From: Candidatus Micrarchaeota archaeon
GTDB lineage: Archaea > Micrarchaeota > Micrarchaeia > Anstonellales > Anstonellaceae
Direction of reading: 5' to 3'
NCBI GenBank assembly: GCA_026414185.1
Contig: JAOAJL010000001.1
Location: 82,987 to 146,986, forward strand
DNA: 64,000 nt
The translations under genes were made by a program, and so were the position numbers. Below are positions 19,280 to 29,638 of this stretch, in pieces (position 1 is the first letter of the stretch; each line of letters starts with the position of its first letter). The notes under the pieces are model-generated. The model was not told the origin of the DNA and did no database searches. It worked only from the letters and a program-made list of their open reading frames with translations.

Positions 19280-19534
19280 ATGGCAAAAATAGTCATCGCA
19301 AAGCAGCTTGCAAGCAAGAAAGTCATAACAAACGACGGGGAGGAGCTGGGCAGGCTCATTGACCTTGAAATATCCGAAACATCTGGCAAGATTGAGAATC
19401 TCCTTGTGGACCCCAACCCGGACAACCAGACGGCGCGGAGACTGAACAAAGAAGAAGGCAACATCGTCATCCCCTACTCCTCTGTCCTTGCAGCCTCAGA
19501 TCACATCATAGTTGACAGGAAAACCATCGGCTAA
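19280..19534 (+). CDS. PRC-barrel domain protein (CdpB-like)
   Basis: [17 protein letters not shown]...[15 protein letters not shown]. Confidence 0.85.
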   Translation: MAKIVIAKQLASKKVITNDGEELGRLIDLEISETSGKIENLLVDPNPDNQTARRLNKEEGNIVIPYSSVLAASDHIIVDRKTIG

Positions 19535-19572
19535 TTTTCTTTGTTTCTCTGCCCAAAGGGAGGTGCTTGGTT

Positions 19573-20133
19573 ATGGCAGTTGAATTTGTATTGCTGTGCG
19601 CAGGCGCCTTGCTCCTGCTTGCTCTGCTTTACTTTGTCTTCACCTACAACTACCTCATAACGCTGCGGGCAAGGATTGACAACTCCTGGTCGCAGATTGA
19701 CGTCCAGCTCAAAAGAAGATATGATTTGATACCCAACCTTGTGGAAACAGTGAAAGGCTACGCCAAGCACGAAAAGGAAGTATTCACGGAGGTGACAAAA
19801 GCCCGCGCCGCGATGGCAAAGGCGAGCACCGTGGAAGAGAAGGCGGCCGCAAACAACATGCTGTCAAGCGCGCTAAAATCCCTTTTCGCAGTCGCCGAAG
19901 GCTATCCGAAGCTGCGCGCCAACGAAAACTTCCTCCAGCTGCAAGAGGAGCTTTCCGGCACAGAAAGCAAAATAGCATATGCCCGCCAGTTCTACAACGA
20001 CACCGTCCTTTCCTACAACACAGCGATTGCATCCATACCGACCAACATAATCGCAGGCATGTTCGGCTTTGCTCCGCGCGAGTTTTTCAAAGCCGGCGAA
20101 AAGGAGCGCAAGGAGTTCAAGGTAAAGTTCTGA
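19573..20133 (+). CDS. lemA: LemA family protein
   Basis: [42 protein letters not shown]. Confidence 0.95.
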   Translation: MAVEFVLLCAGALLLLALLYFVFTYNYLITLRARIDNSWSQIDVQLKRRYDLIPNLVETVKGYAKHEKEVFTEVTKARAAMAKASTVEEKAAANNMLSSALKSLFAVAEGYPKLRANENFLQLQEELSGTESKIAYARQFYNDTVLSYNTAIASIPTNIIAGMFGFAPREFFKAGEKERKEFKVKF

Positions 20134-20195
20134 CCGCCCAGTCCAGCCGAAGTTGCGCAAAGCACAAATCCCGAAAATGGTTTTGAGGGTCTGAC

Positions 20196-21068
20196 ATGGC
20201 GTCTTTTTTTGACGAGATAGAGAAAAACAAGCTAATGTCCTACCTTCTTCTCGCACTGTTTTTCCTTATCTCTTTTGGCTTTTTTTTCGTCTTCAGCTTC
20301 GTCTTCCTTGGAGTCCGCAGCTGGCTTGGCCTTCTGCTTTCGTTCCTGCTTGCCTCGGGCTACATTTCCGCTTCATATATGCTTGCGGACAAGGCGCTGC
20401 TCAAAATCGCAGGGGCGCGCCCGGCGAGAAAAGACGAGTTTCCCTATCTTGTGAACGTGGTGGAGGGACTGTCAATCGCCGCAGGCATACCCGCCCCGAA
20501 AATTTATGTCATAGATGACGCGGGGCTGAACGCTTTTGCAACCGGCATGTCGCCGCAAAAGGCATCCGTCGCATTCACCACCGGGCTTCTCAAGGCGATG
20601 AATCGGCAGGAGCTTGAAGGGGTGGCGGCGCACGAAATTTCGCACATACGCAACTACGACTCCCGCATAGCAACGCTGGTCGTAGTCACAATAGGGCTGG
20701 TCTGCCTCCTGTCCGATGTAGGACTTCGCAGCTTATTCCAAAGCAGAGGCAGAAGCCGGGGCGGCGGGCTTCTCCTCCTAATAGGGCTTATCATAGTCAT
20801 CCTTGCCCCCATAGCAGCCCAGCTTGTCCGCCTTGCTCTCTCGCGCCAGAGAGAGTATCTTTCCGATGCCACAGCAGTCCAGCTTACGCGTTACCCGCCA
20901 GGGCTTGCCTCAGCCCTTGAAAAGATAAAGAAAATGGGCTCTGTGGTGGAGAAAGCATCGGATGCCACAGCCTCTCTTTACTTTGCCAATCCGCTTTCAG
21001 GCGGGCTCAGCTTCTTTTCCACCCACCCCCCAATTGAAGAAAGAATAAGACGGCTTCGCATGATGTGA
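20196..21068 (+). CDS. htpX: HtpX-like M48 zinc metalloprotease
   Basis: NAFATG, AHEISH, SRQREY, STHPP. Confidence 0.93.
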   Translation: MASFFDEIEKNKLMSYLLLALFFLISFGFFFVFSFVFLGVRSWLGLLLSFLLASGYISASYMLADKALLKIAGARPARKDEFPYLVNVVEGLSIAAGIPAPKIYVIDDAGLNAFATGMSPQKASVAFTTGLLKAMNRQELEGVAAHEISHIRNYDSRIATLVVVTIGLVCLLSDVGLRSLFQSRGRSRGGGLLLLIGLIIVILAPIAAQLVRLALSRQREYLSDATAVQLTRYPPGLASALEKIKKMGSVVEKASDATASLYFANPLSGGLSFFSTHPPIEERIRRLRMM

Positions 21069-21082
21069 AAACGAAAGCCGCT

Positions 21083-21628
21083 TCAGCTTTTTTTACCAGG
21101 CAGGGCTTTTACTCGGGGTATTACCTTCATCAGTTTTGAAGGCGGCACCCTCTCCGTCATGGATGAAACATGCCCCTTGCTTGCAATCAGCTTCCAGTTT
21201 TTCAAAAGCTTGAAGCCTATGTAGTAAGAGCCGCCTATTGAGAGCACTGAAGCCGCAGCGGAAAGTGCGGAAAAGGCGTAAGTCACCGGTATCATCAGCG
21301 CGGCAACCGCAAGGGATGCGCCGATTATTAGCTCCTTTACGTGGTCCGCGGAGTGCGGCACGTGCCTTTCAATTATCTGCGCAACCTCGTATCTCGCCTC
21401 CGCAAGCACCCTTGCCTTCTCAGCCGCATGCTTTTCCGGCTCTTTCCAATACTCCTTTTTTATTCTCTTCAGCTCAAAGTCAGTCTTCTCATAGTGCCTG
21501 TTAAGCTCGCCTAAGAGGCGATTTGCCGCTTCCCTGCTTCCGCAGGCGGAAATAATCTCGTTTATGGACTTCTCGTAATTGCCGATGTAGTCAAAATAAG
21601 CCTCTCGGAACTCCTTCTCAACAGGCAT
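21083..21628 (-). CDS. Hypothetical membrane protein
   Basis: Helical N-terminus followed by two hydrophobic segments. Confidence 0.65.
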   Translation of the reverse strand: MPVEKEFREAYFDYIGNYEKSINEIISACGSREAANRLLGELNRHYEKTDFELKRIKKEYWKEPEKHAAEKARVLAEARYEVAQIIERHVPHSADHVKELIIGASLAVAALMIPVTYAFSALSAAASVLSIGGSYYIGFKLLKNWKLIASKGHVSSMTERVPPSKLMKVIPRVKALPGKKS

Positions 21629-21653
21629 GCTGTCTTATTATTTCGCAAACAAT

Positions 21654-22436
21654 TTAAGCCCTCTGCCATTTCACACCAGCAGATTCAAGCTCACGAATCA
21701 GCTTTGAGCGCACCTCTCCTTTCATGCCTTTCCAGTCTATCATCGCGCCCAGAGGAGCCTCAGTGTTCTTTCCTATCACATCTTTCAGGCGACCTGCATC
21801 AAAGCCGTCCTTTTCAAGCGCGTAGCCGGAGATTATGTGCCCGAACGCCTCTTCTCCTTCAACTGCCTTTGGGCTGAACTTCGGCGCATAGTGGCTTCCG
21901 CCAAAACCGACATAGGCGGGCCAACTTCTCCTGTTGCGCACCGCCGCCACTATCGCCCTTGCGGCTATCTCACCCGCCTTTTTCATACCCCACTGCTCAC
22001 GGGTGCTTCCGATTTCAACAAACATGACGGGCTTTTCTATCGTGGGTCCGTGGTGGTCCGCCTCAAGCGAAACCTGCCAGCCGAGACTTTGGCGAGAAAG
22101 CATAGCAAGCTCCTGCACGGCAGCCTTCAGCCTTGAAGGCATCGCAATGTTCAGCGTCCTTTCTTTGCCTCCCAAACCAGCAGAGCCCCAATTGCCTGGC
22201 GTGTGGGCGGTAAAGCAGGGCTGGCCCGCTTCGCTTTTGTGCGTGCTTGCATAAATGTAATAATCCGCCTTGTGCGCAGGCTCAATCGTCACAATTTCCC
22301 CGCTGTATTCTGCCATGTCAAAGTCCGTTCCGCGCCAAAAGCCGCCCTCCTCCTCCATGCTTTCAATGGCAAGAATGGCGCCCTTTATGTTCCGGCTTGC
22401 CTCATTTTGCCTGGATATGACCACGAGAGGCCGCAT
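21654..22436 (-). CDS. dtdA: D-aminoacyl-tRNA deacylase (archaeal DTD2)
   Basis: STHKS, TAHTPGN, EADHHGP, FVEIGS, GGSHY. Confidence 0.92.
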   Translation of the reverse strand: MRPLVVISRQNEASRNIKGAILAIESMEEEGGFWRGTDFDMAEYSGEIVTIEPAHKADYYIYASTHKSEAGQPCFTAHTPGNWGSAGLGGKERTLNIAMPSRLKAAVQELAMLSRQSLGWQVSLEADHHGPTIEKPVMFVEIGSTREQWGMKKAGEIAARAIVAAVRNRRSWPAYVGFGGSHYAPKFSPKAVEGEEAFGHIISGYALEKDGFDAGRLKDVIGKNTEAPLGAMIDWKGMKGEVRSKLIRELESAGVKWQRA

Positions 22437-22517
22437 GAAAATAGGGCTGCGGTAGAGGATATAATCCTTTTCAGCGGCGCAATCAGATTTTTAAGCTGGG
22501 CATGCAAATTTGCTCTC

Positions 22518-23717
22518 ATGGGCGATGAGCAGCTTATCCTTTTCATAGAGCGCTCCCGCCAGCGCGGAAGGACAGACGAACAGATAATGCGCGCTCTGCT
22601 TTCAGTCGGCTGGAAAAAAGAGCGAGTGGAGGCTGCGCTTGCCATGGTTTCCCAAAAGGAAGGCAAAAAACAGGCGCCTGCTGTCCCATCTGTGCAGCAG
22701 GAGGCACAAAAACAGCAGCAGGCTCCTAAAGCCGAACCTCAATTGCGAAAGCAAGAAGAAGGCGGGCAGCCGCAAGAAAAGAACGAAACGCAGGAAAGCC
22801 AGCAAAGCCTGCAACCGGCGCAGGCTGCGCAAAAAGCCGAAGGCAAGCCGCAGGAAAGCGCAAAAGCGCAGTCTGAGCAGGCAACTGTCCCTTCGCAGAT
22901 GCAGGCAGAAAGCCAAAGGCAGCCGCCCGCCCAACCCAAGCCGCTTTGGCCCTATGAAAAGGAAGGCGCACAAGGAGACCTTCTTGCTGCCGCCTACCCG
23001 AAAGTTTCTGACGAAAAGGAGGTGAAGAACCCTGCCTTTGAAAACCTTGAAAAAGCCTCCAAGCAAAAAGCCCTGCCCAAACTCATCCCCATCGCCCTTG
23101 CCACCCTCATCATCCTGCTTGGAGCCGCTTATTTCTTTCTTCCGGCTTCCGCAAGAGGCGCTCCCACAGCAGAAACCCCTTCAATTTCACCTCCTGCCCA
23201 GCAGCCTGCTGCCTTGCCGGCTGAGCATGCAAATGCCTCGGAAAAAGCCAAAAATTCCACCCAAAAACAAGGGCAGCCGGTCTTCCCAGCCAAAAACCAA
23301 ACCGCCCAGCAGCCGCCTGCACAAAAAGAAGAGCGGGAGCAACCGCCCCCAGAAAAGCCCAGCATTCCAGCCCCCCCGCCGCTTCCACCGCCGCCAGAAA
23401 CCAGCCCTGCGCCTAAAGAGCCGCCGCAAAACAACACGACAGCCGTTCAGGAGCAGGTTCACTTCAACAAGTCACGCTCATTTCAATGGGACAGGGGCTT
23501 GACTCCAAGAAAATTCTGCCGCGTCAACAACATGACTTTCTGGCGCGCGCACTACTCCGAGTTTTGGGGAGCGCAGTGCGTAACGGAGAAAAACAGGCGC
23601 GGAAACTCAACAGCAGAGGAGTTTGAGTCGCGCTGCACCTACCTTCCCTGCTGCTTCACCGCCCCCTCCTTGGAATACAGCTACTACTACGACAGCTTTG
23701 ACTGCGGCTATGAATGA
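22518..23717 (+). CDS. Single-pass membrane protein with Pro/Gln-rich linkers and Cys-rich C-terminal domain
   Basis: N-terminal helical domain (GRTDEQIMRALLSVGW), low-complexity linkers, TM LIPIALATLIILLGAAYFF and a 6-Cys tail domain. Confidence 0.7.
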   Translation: MGDEQLILFIERSRQRGRTDEQIMRALLSVGWKKERVEAALAMVSQKEGKKQAPAVPSVQQEAQKQQQAPKAEPQLRKQEEGGQPQEKNETQESQQSLQPAQAAQKAEGKPQESAKAQSEQATVPSQMQAESQRQPPAQPKPLWPYEKEGAQGDLLAAAYPKVSDEKEVKNPAFENLEKASKQKALPKLIPIALATLIILLGAAYFFLPASARGAPTAETPSISPPAQQPAALPAEHANASEKAKNSTQKQGQPVFPAKNQTAQQPPAQKEEREQPPPEKPSIPAPPPLPPPPETSPAPKEPPQNNTTAVQEQVHFNKSRSFQWDRGLTPRKFCRVNNMTFWRAHYSEFWGAQCVTEKNRRGNSTAEEFESRCTYLPCCFTAPSLEYSYYYDSFDCGYE

Positions 23718-23722
23718 AGCCC

Positions 23723-24211
23723 CTACTCAAGCTTCAGTCCGAAAAGCTTCTTTCCGCCCCTATTGAAAAGCAAAAGCTCGGCTTCCTTTCCATTTGCGGC
23801 AGGATGGAACTCCAGCACCTCGCCCACTACGATAGAGTGGTCTCCCGCACTTGTGCAAGAAAGCATTTTGCATTCAATATTCGCTATCGCCTCGGCAATG
23901 AGCGGCGCTCCTACCTTTGATGCCTTAAGCTGCGTCAGCTTGCCCTCCTCAAACTTGTCTATGAATTTGCCGGAGGTGGTGCCGCACAGCAAAGCCGCAT
24001 CCTTAAGCTTCTCACCTGCAATCGCCACGACAAATTCCATGGAATTGCAAAGAAGCTCCAGTGTAAGCGAGCTGTTTGAGAGGGAGAGGGCAAGCATCGG
24101 AGGCTTGTTGCAGACAGGCATAATCCACTCCACAGCAGTCACGTTTGTCTTGCCGCCGGCAGAAGCAGTCACAAGGACAACCTGCCGCGGATATAGGTAT
24201 TCCTGCAGCAT
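23723..24211 (-). CDS. Flavin reductase-like (flavoredoxin) protein
   Basis: YPRQVVLVT, CGTTSG, DKF, GDHSIVVGEV. Confidence 0.9.
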   Translation of the reverse strand: MLQEYLYPRQVVLVTASAGGKTNVTAVEWIMPVCNKPPMLALSLSNSSLTLELLCNSMEFVVAIAGEKLKDAALLCGTTSGKFIDKFEEGKLTQLKASKVGAPLIAEAIANIECKMLSCTSAGDHSIVVGEVLEFHPAANGKEAELLLFNRGGKKLFGLKLE

Positions 24212-24263
24212 GCTTCTGCCTTCCCCATAAATCAATTTAAACCCTTAGTGTCTATCTTCATCT

Positions 24264-24857
24264 ATGAGAAGCGCCGCCGCCATCGTGGCATTTTTGCTGC
24301 TTTTTTTCATTTCAGGTTGCGCACAGCGCACCATCCCTTCAGCCTGCGCCAGCAGCGAGCCTTCCAGGCTTGCAAACTGCATATACAACAACGCAGTGAC
24401 GGAGCAGAACCCCTATTACTGCTATTCTCTTGAAGACAAGCGGCAGCGCGAAATCTGCATGCGAGACGCAGCAGACCCGAACGCAAGAAAAGCCCTCCTC
24501 AACTCGCTTGCCTCTGAGCGCGAAGCCATCTTTGTCGCGCAGGAAGGCCAGGCGCACTCAAAGCAAGGGGGCAATTTTGAATCCCCCGAAGAAGCGGCGC
24601 CGCAAGCGCAGGCGGCAGAACAGAGCAGTTGCGCAGGTCTCATAGGCACTGCCCGCGACAACTGCTTCAAAACCGTCGCCCTTGAAAGCCAGCAAATAGC
24701 CTATTGCGAATCAATAAGCGACGCCACAATACGCAAAAGCTGCATTTCCGAAATAGCAAGGAAGACAAAAGACATACAGTCCTGCAAGACGCTTTCCCAA
24801 AAGGAGAACATAAACCTCTGCAACCTCTACGTGAAAGGCGACGAGCAGAAAGGCTGA
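24264..24857 (+). CDS. Cys-repeat lipoprotein
   Basis: Lipobox FISGC and repeated C-x(9-12)-C helical units. Confidence 0.75.
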   Translation: MRSAAAIVAFLLLFFISGCAQRTIPSACASSEPSRLANCIYNNAVTEQNPYYCYSLEDKRQREICMRDAADPNARKALLNSLASEREAIFVAQEGQAHSKQGGNFESPEEAAPQAQAAEQSSCAGLIGTARDNCFKTVALESQQIAYCESISDATIRKSCISEIARKTKDIQSCKTLSQKENINLCNLYVKGDEQKG

Positions 24858-24915
24858 AAATCCAAAATACGGCGTTCATAAAGAAAGCTCCAAACAAAAA
24901 TGCAAAGGTGAGGGA

Positions 24916-25395
24916 ATGTTTCTTTTCCAAGAACAAGCACAGCGCGCACAAATTCGAATCCAAGAACAAGCACAGCGCGCACAAATTCGAAAAGTGTTGG
25001 ATTTAGCCACTTACATAAAGAATCAAATAAAAGATTCATTCAACGTAGAGAACATAAAAATTACGGTCACTGCCCAAAATCGAGATAAAAATGGAGAAGT
25101 CATCTCTTACAACCGATGCTACTCCGTTACAGTGGCTTATGATGAAAATAAAGTCAAGAATAAAGGCGTCTTAGTCAACAAAATAAATGCGGCTGTTGAG
25201 TCCTACATTCATATGTATTTCAAAAATACAGGAAATATCAAAATGTTGTCTCCCAAAGAAACAATGCCTGAAACGATAGAAAAACAAGACGCGATATATG
25301 TATATTCATATCCTTCCTCGGGCACGGCCAAAAATTTCCGAGGGGAAACACAATTCACCCTCCTTTATGCTTTTTACTCCGGCGAAAGAAAATAA
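24916..25395 (+). CDS. Hypothetical low-GC orphan (starts MFLFQ)
   Basis: 159-aa ORF with AGGTGA SD. Two sampled 60-nt lines have 17 and 21 G+C. Confidence 0.7.
   Translation: MFLFQEQAQRAQIRIQEQAQRAQIRKVLDLATYIKNQIKDSFNVENIKITVTAQNRDKNGEVISYNRCYSVTVAYDENKVKNKGVLVNKINAAVESYIHMYFKNTGNIKMLSPKETMPETIEKQDAIYVYSYPSSGTAKNFRGETQFTLLYAFYSGERK
24926..24991 (+). repeat. Perfect 33-nt tandem duplication, in frame
   Basis: TCCAAGAACAAGCACAGCGCGCACAAATTCGAA occurs twice, encoding QEQAQRAQIR twice. Confidence 0.95.
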
Positions 25396-25403
25396 GCCTC
25401 GCT

Positions 25404-26195
25404 TCAAAACATCTCATCCGCCAGCTCTTCCCTGTCCGTAGGGCCGAAGAAGTCCCACCAGAAGCATTTTTTCATCTCTTCGCCCGCAAGCTGCTTCACA
25501 TCGCAGGAAAGCGCCCCGCCAACGATTACGGAAAGCTCCTTTGCCTGCTGTCTTGCGCGGCTCATTGCCTCCTCCTTCGTCAAGCCAGCTGCGGTTGTGG
25601 AGAGGTAGAAGACCACCTCAAGGGGCTTTTCGCCAGAGGTAAGCCTCTCAATCTGCCTGCCCCACATCGCAATTTCCCTGTCAAGCCGGGCAATCTCGTC
25701 GTTGTTCTTTGAGGAAGAGGAGAGCTTTGCCCTCCTACTTTCAGCCAAACTGCGCCTTGCCCTTATCTCTTCAAGCTCATCCGACAAGTCAAGCGGGCAG
25801 ACCATCGCAGTCAGCTTGAAAGGAAAGCCTGCCGAGGAAATTGCCTTCTCAAACATGCCTCCCATAAGCGCCTGCTGCCTTTCGCTTTTCTCAGAGGCGG
25901 ATTCATAGAGCCGAGCAGAAAGAAATGCAGTGGCAAGAAATGCGCCGTTTTTCCTGCCGACAACCAGGTCTTGCGAGGGCGGTATCTCAAAATTTCTTCC
26001 CGCTTCAACCACTCCTGCCCGTTTCGTAAGGGCTGGAATGAGCAGATAGCCGTATTTCCACAAGGCAAGCGAAAGCAGGAAGCACAGCGCCCCCGCTGCT
26101 GCCGCAGGCGCAGAGCCGAAAAAAACTGCCGCCGCAAGACAGAAAAATCCGCCGGCAAGAGCAAGAACGGTGTAAAGCCTGTTTTCACCTTCCAC
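25404..26195 (-). CDS. Membrane protein with coiled coil, resembling a VirB4/TraC N-terminal-type domain
   Basis: Two N-terminal TM helices, a coiled coil, then VVFYLSTTA...EEAMSRARQQAKEL...VKQLAGEEM. GTG start inferred. Confidence 0.5.
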   Translation of the reverse strand: MEGENRLYTVLALAGGFFCLAAAVFFGSAPAAAAGALCFLLSLALWKYGYLLIPALTKRAGVVEAGRNFEIPPSQDLVVGRKNGAFLATAFLSARLYESASEKSERQQALMGGMFEKAISSAGFPFKLTAMVCPLDLSDELEEIRARRSLAESRRAKLSSSSKNNDEIARLDREIAMWGRQIERLTSGEKPLEVVFYLSTTAAGLTKEEAMSRARQQAKELSVIVGGALSCDVKQLAGEEMKKCFWWDFFGPTDREELADEMF

Positions 26196-26256
26196 AAAAA
26201 TCCCTGGCAGACAAACGTTAAAATCCTTGCCGGAGTTATGCCTGCGGGTGCTTCTT

Positions 26257-27447
26257 ATGAAAACCTTGAAGGACTTCCAGTTTGAGGGGAAAACCGCGTT
26301 TGTGCGGGTGGATTTGAACTGCCCTGTAGATGAAAAGACAAAGAAAGTGGAGCCATCGGAGAGGATTGCGGGGCACGCCAAGACAGTGGCGGCGCTTTCG
26401 GATAAGGGGGCAAGGGTGGTGGTGCTTGCGCACCAGGGCAGAAAAGGCGACTATGACTGCATATCCCTCTCGCAGCATGCCCTTCTTCTGGGCGATGCGA
26501 CAAAAAAGCCCGTGAAGTTTGTGGATGATGTCTGCGGAGAGAAGGCAAAGGCAGCCATCCGTTCCCTCAAGCCAGGCGAAATCTTGCTTCTTGAAAACGT
26601 CCGCTTCCTTGATGACGAGACGAAATACAAGACAATTGAAGAAAACGAGAAGGCAACAATAGTCCAGCAGCTCTCCCCGCTTTGCGACGTTTTTGTTCTT
26701 GACGCATTCTCCGCGGCGCACCGCGCGCAAGCCTCCATAGTGGGCTTCTACAAAAAGCCGGTGGTGGCGGGCTTGGTCATGCAGGCGGAGCTTGAAGCGC
26801 TCGCCAAGCTGAAAAACCCCAAAAAGCCCGTAGCCTTTGTCTTCGGCGGGGCAAAGCCTGAGGATTCAATAGGCATAATGTCCAACTGGCTTTCAGAGGG
26901 CAAGATTGACCATGCGCTTACTTGCGGGCTTTTGGGCGAGCTTTTCCTTGTCGCTTCTGGAAGAGAGCTTGGCAAGACAATAGAGCTTCTGAAGGAAAAA
27001 AAGGCGCTTGACTATCTGCCGCAGGCAAGGGAGCTTCTCTCAAAGCACAAAAGCCGCATTCTCATTCCCGAGGACGTCGCAATTGACTTCAACGGAAAGC
27101 GCAAGGAAATCCCGTGCCATCAGCTTCCATCCAACCACTTGATTTGTGACATAGGCGCGAAGACCGCCAAAAAATACGCAGAGGTCCTTTCCGGCGCAAA
27201 GACCGTGTTGATGAACGGGCCTGCCGGCATGTATGAAAATCCGGAGTTTGAGGCAGGCACAAGGTCGCTGCTTAAGGCAATAGAGAAGTCAGGCGCGTTT
27301 TCAGTCATGGGCGGCGGGCACACCATATCCGCCATTGAAAAGTTCAGGATAAACAAAAAGAAGTTGGGCTACGTTTCCCTTGCAGGCAAGGCGCTCATAG
27401 AATATCTTTCAGGCGCACAGCTGCCAGGCGTAAAGATACTGCAGTAA
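26257..27447 (+). CDS. pgk: Phosphoglycerate kinase
   Basis: RVDLN, HQGR, LLENVRF, DAFSAAHR, GGAK, NGPAG, GGGHT. Confidence 0.96.
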   Translation: MKTLKDFQFEGKTAFVRVDLNCPVDEKTKKVEPSERIAGHAKTVAALSDKGARVVVLAHQGRKGDYDCISLSQHALLLGDATKKPVKFVDDVCGEKAKAAIRSLKPGEILLLENVRFLDDETKYKTIEENEKATIVQQLSPLCDVFVLDAFSAAHRAQASIVGFYKKPVVAGLVMQAELEALAKLKNPKKPVAFVFGGAKPEDSIGIMSNWLSEGKIDHALTCGLLGELFLVASGRELGKTIELLKEKKALDYLPQARELLSKHKSRILIPEDVAIDFNGKRKEIPCHQLPSNHLICDIGAKTAKKYAEVLSGAKTVLMNGPAGMYENPEFEAGTRSLLKAIEKSGAFSVMGGGHTISAIEKFRINKKKLGYVSLAGKALIEYLSGAQLPGVKILQ

Positions 27448-27454
27448 GCCTGCT

Positions 27455-28822
27455 TTACTGCTGTACTGAGCCAGTTCTTACCAGCAGAGGCTCAATCTTT
27501 ATTGCACTTACGACTTCTTTGCCACTATCTCTTGCCTCCGCGCCGTTCTCAGTTGCAACAAGCGAATGGATATCATCTCCCTTCCCATCCATCTGCACCT
27601 TCATCATGAACATACCGGGCAGATAGAACACAGCCAGATTGTGGTTTTTCGCATCCACTGAAGGCACTTCCACCGCGCTGAATATAGTTCCTGACTGGTT
27701 GATGGCAAAGACATATTTGGGGTCGCGCGGATTTTTGGGATTGGCATCATAAGGTGCGCCAAGAAGGTTGTAATAGCGGGCGTAATCGCCGACAATAGGG
27801 ACCTCCACCACTCCGATTCCGTTTCTGGCTATAACAACGTGCGGGATGAAAGTTTCGCCGCCCCTCTGCACCTTTTCAAGAGGCTTTACTATTTCGCTTG
27901 ACTCCCAGTTGCCTGGAATATTGCAAAGCTCCGAAAGCTGCGATGGGCTGAATTTCAGATAAATGTCCCGTCCAGCCATCTCGCGCGTGTCCTCTATTAT
28001 ATTGAGCTTGAGGGAAGCCCCGTTTCTCTGGAAGCCATCCCCCTTAACAGAGGACTCTATGCGCATGCCTTCCTTCCCCACGCCGTCATAGGTAGAAGCC
28101 GTCAAAACAGGTTTCTGGCCGTCAAGCACTTGGAGCCTTCCATTCTCCCCGAAAGAGAAGTTCCAATCTTTCGTGGAGCTTCCCGCCCCAAATGTCGTAG
28201 AAACCAGAAGCGGATTGGTGTGCGGCACGTAATAAAGCCGGTAGGTACCCCCGCCGCTGTGGGTAACCCAATAGCATCCATGTTCGCCAATGCCTGCAAT
28301 CGCAGGCCGCTGAATCCCGTCTTTTTCGCTGTGGAACCTGTCTTCATAATCCCCCCTGTAGACAACAGGCACTTTCATTGCAGAGTAAATGAATGTTTTT
28401 AGCTCTGCATCAGCATAAAGGACAATTACGCCGTCCCTCCCAGTTATAAGGGAGACTATCCCAAGCCCGTCAATTTTCGCTTTTGTGGTCTTTATGTGAA
28501 GCTCCTGCACAGTTGAAATTGTCCGGTAGGTCCGGTCAAAACCAATGATTCCCAGGTCCTTGTAAATATCCTGCAAAGTTATAATCGCCGCCTTTCTACC
28601 ATATTCCATCTTTACCATATTGGATTCTTTCACTACGCCGACTTTCAGGCTGTCTTCCGTTTTGTTCTGCCTGGGCAAATCTTCTTTCATGGGCAGAATG
28701 CGCTCAATCACCGCTCGTTTTTGGAGAGCGCATGTGTTCAAATCCTTACCCTGCTTTGGCTGGGCGGACAGAAGAACCGTTCCAGCCCAAAGAGCAACAG
28801 CCGCGTTCTTAACCTTTCCCAT
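27455..28822 (-). CDS. Putative secreted beta-rich hypothetical protein
   Basis: Signal-like N-terminus MGKVKNAAVALWAGTVLLSA. No known motif. Confidence 0.7.
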   Translation of the reverse strand: MGKVKNAAVALWAGTVLLSAQPKQGKDLNTCALQKRAVIERILPMKEDLPRQNKTEDSLKVGVVKESNMVKMEYGRKAAIITLQDIYKDLGIIGFDRTYRTISTVQELHIKTTKAKIDGLGIVSLITGRDGVIVLYADAELKTFIYSAMKVPVVYRGDYEDRFHSEKDGIQRPAIAGIGEHGCYWVTHSGGGTYRLYYVPHTNPLLVSTTFGAGSSTKDWNFSFGENGRLQVLDGQKPVLTASTYDGVGKEGMRIESSVKGDGFQRNGASLKLNIIEDTREMAGRDIYLKFSPSQLSELCNIPGNWESSEIVKPLEKVQRGGETFIPHVVIARNGIGVVEVPIVGDYARYYNLLGAPYDANPKNPRDPKYVFAINQSGTIFSAVEVPSVDAKNHNLAVFYLPGMFMMKVQMDGKGDDIHSLVATENGAEARDSGKEVVSAIKIEPLLVRTGSVQQ

Positions 28823-28837
28823 CTCAACCACCCAACT

Positions 28838-29638
28838 TTATTTTATAGTTTCAAGCGTCTCAAGCCCCTCAGTTCTCTTTCTTTCCTCCTCAAGCTTCCG
28901 CTCCAAGTCAGCTATCTTCTTAAGGCGCGCCTCTGCAGTCTTTTCAAGCTCGTCAAGAGTCTCCAAATCCACTTCTTCCTCAAGCCCAAGCTCGCGTGTT
29001 TTTTTGCGCACAAAAGCAACAGAATCCTTTATTCTTGTTGCTTCCTCCTTGCTTGCGTACTTGAGATCCTCAGGCTCTATTTCGGAGAGTTTTTGGTAGG
29101 CGGCAACGACGCTGTTTTTTTCTTTCTGAAGCTTATCCTTGGCTTCCTTCTCAAGCAAAAGCTGCCTTTCCTTTTCAGCCTTCTGCTTTTGCAGGCGCTC
29201 CTCCTGCGCCCTTTTTTCCGCCTCAAGCCTTTGTCTTTCCTCCTCTGCTTTCTTCTTTTCCGCCTCCTCCCTTACCTTCTTTTCCGCCTCACGCTCGCCT
29301 TGCTCAGCCTCCTTCTTCTTGACAACGGGGGGAATGCTTTGCAGAGTGTCCTTTTGGGGCGGCACCTCGCCGCTTCTTTTAACAGAGTCGGAAATGCCGC
29401 TTTTTTTCTGCGAATCCTCAATATTCTCCTTTGCCCTGCCAAGCAGCGAGTCTATAATCCGCAAGCGCTGTTCAAAAGTCGTGTCTTTGAGCGCAGCCCT
29501 GCCAAATTCTCGGGAAAATGCAAAATGCCTCTCAGCCTGTAATTCCGCGCCGCTGCCTGGCGCCTTTAGCCCAAAATAGGCAACGGTGCCTGCAAGAATC
29601 AACCCTGCGATTTTCTTTTTCACCTGCCCACCCTTCAT
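28838..29638 (-). CDS. N-terminally anchored coiled-coil protein
   Basis: KKKIAGLILAGTVAYFGL followed by a long E/K/R-rich helix. Confidence 0.75.
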   Translation of the reverse strand: MKGGQVKKKIAGLILAGTVAYFGLKAPGSGAELQAERHFAFSREFGRAALKDTTFEQRLRIIDSLLGRAKENIEDSQKKSGISDSVKRSGEVPPQKDTLQSIPPVVKKKEAEQGEREAEKKVREEAEKKKAEEERQRLEAEKRAQEERLQKQKAEKERQLLLEKEAKDKLQKEKNSVVAAYQKLSEIEPEDLKYASKEEATRIKDSVAFVRKKTRELGLEEEVDLETLDELEKTAEARLKKIADLERKLEEERKRTEGLETLETIK

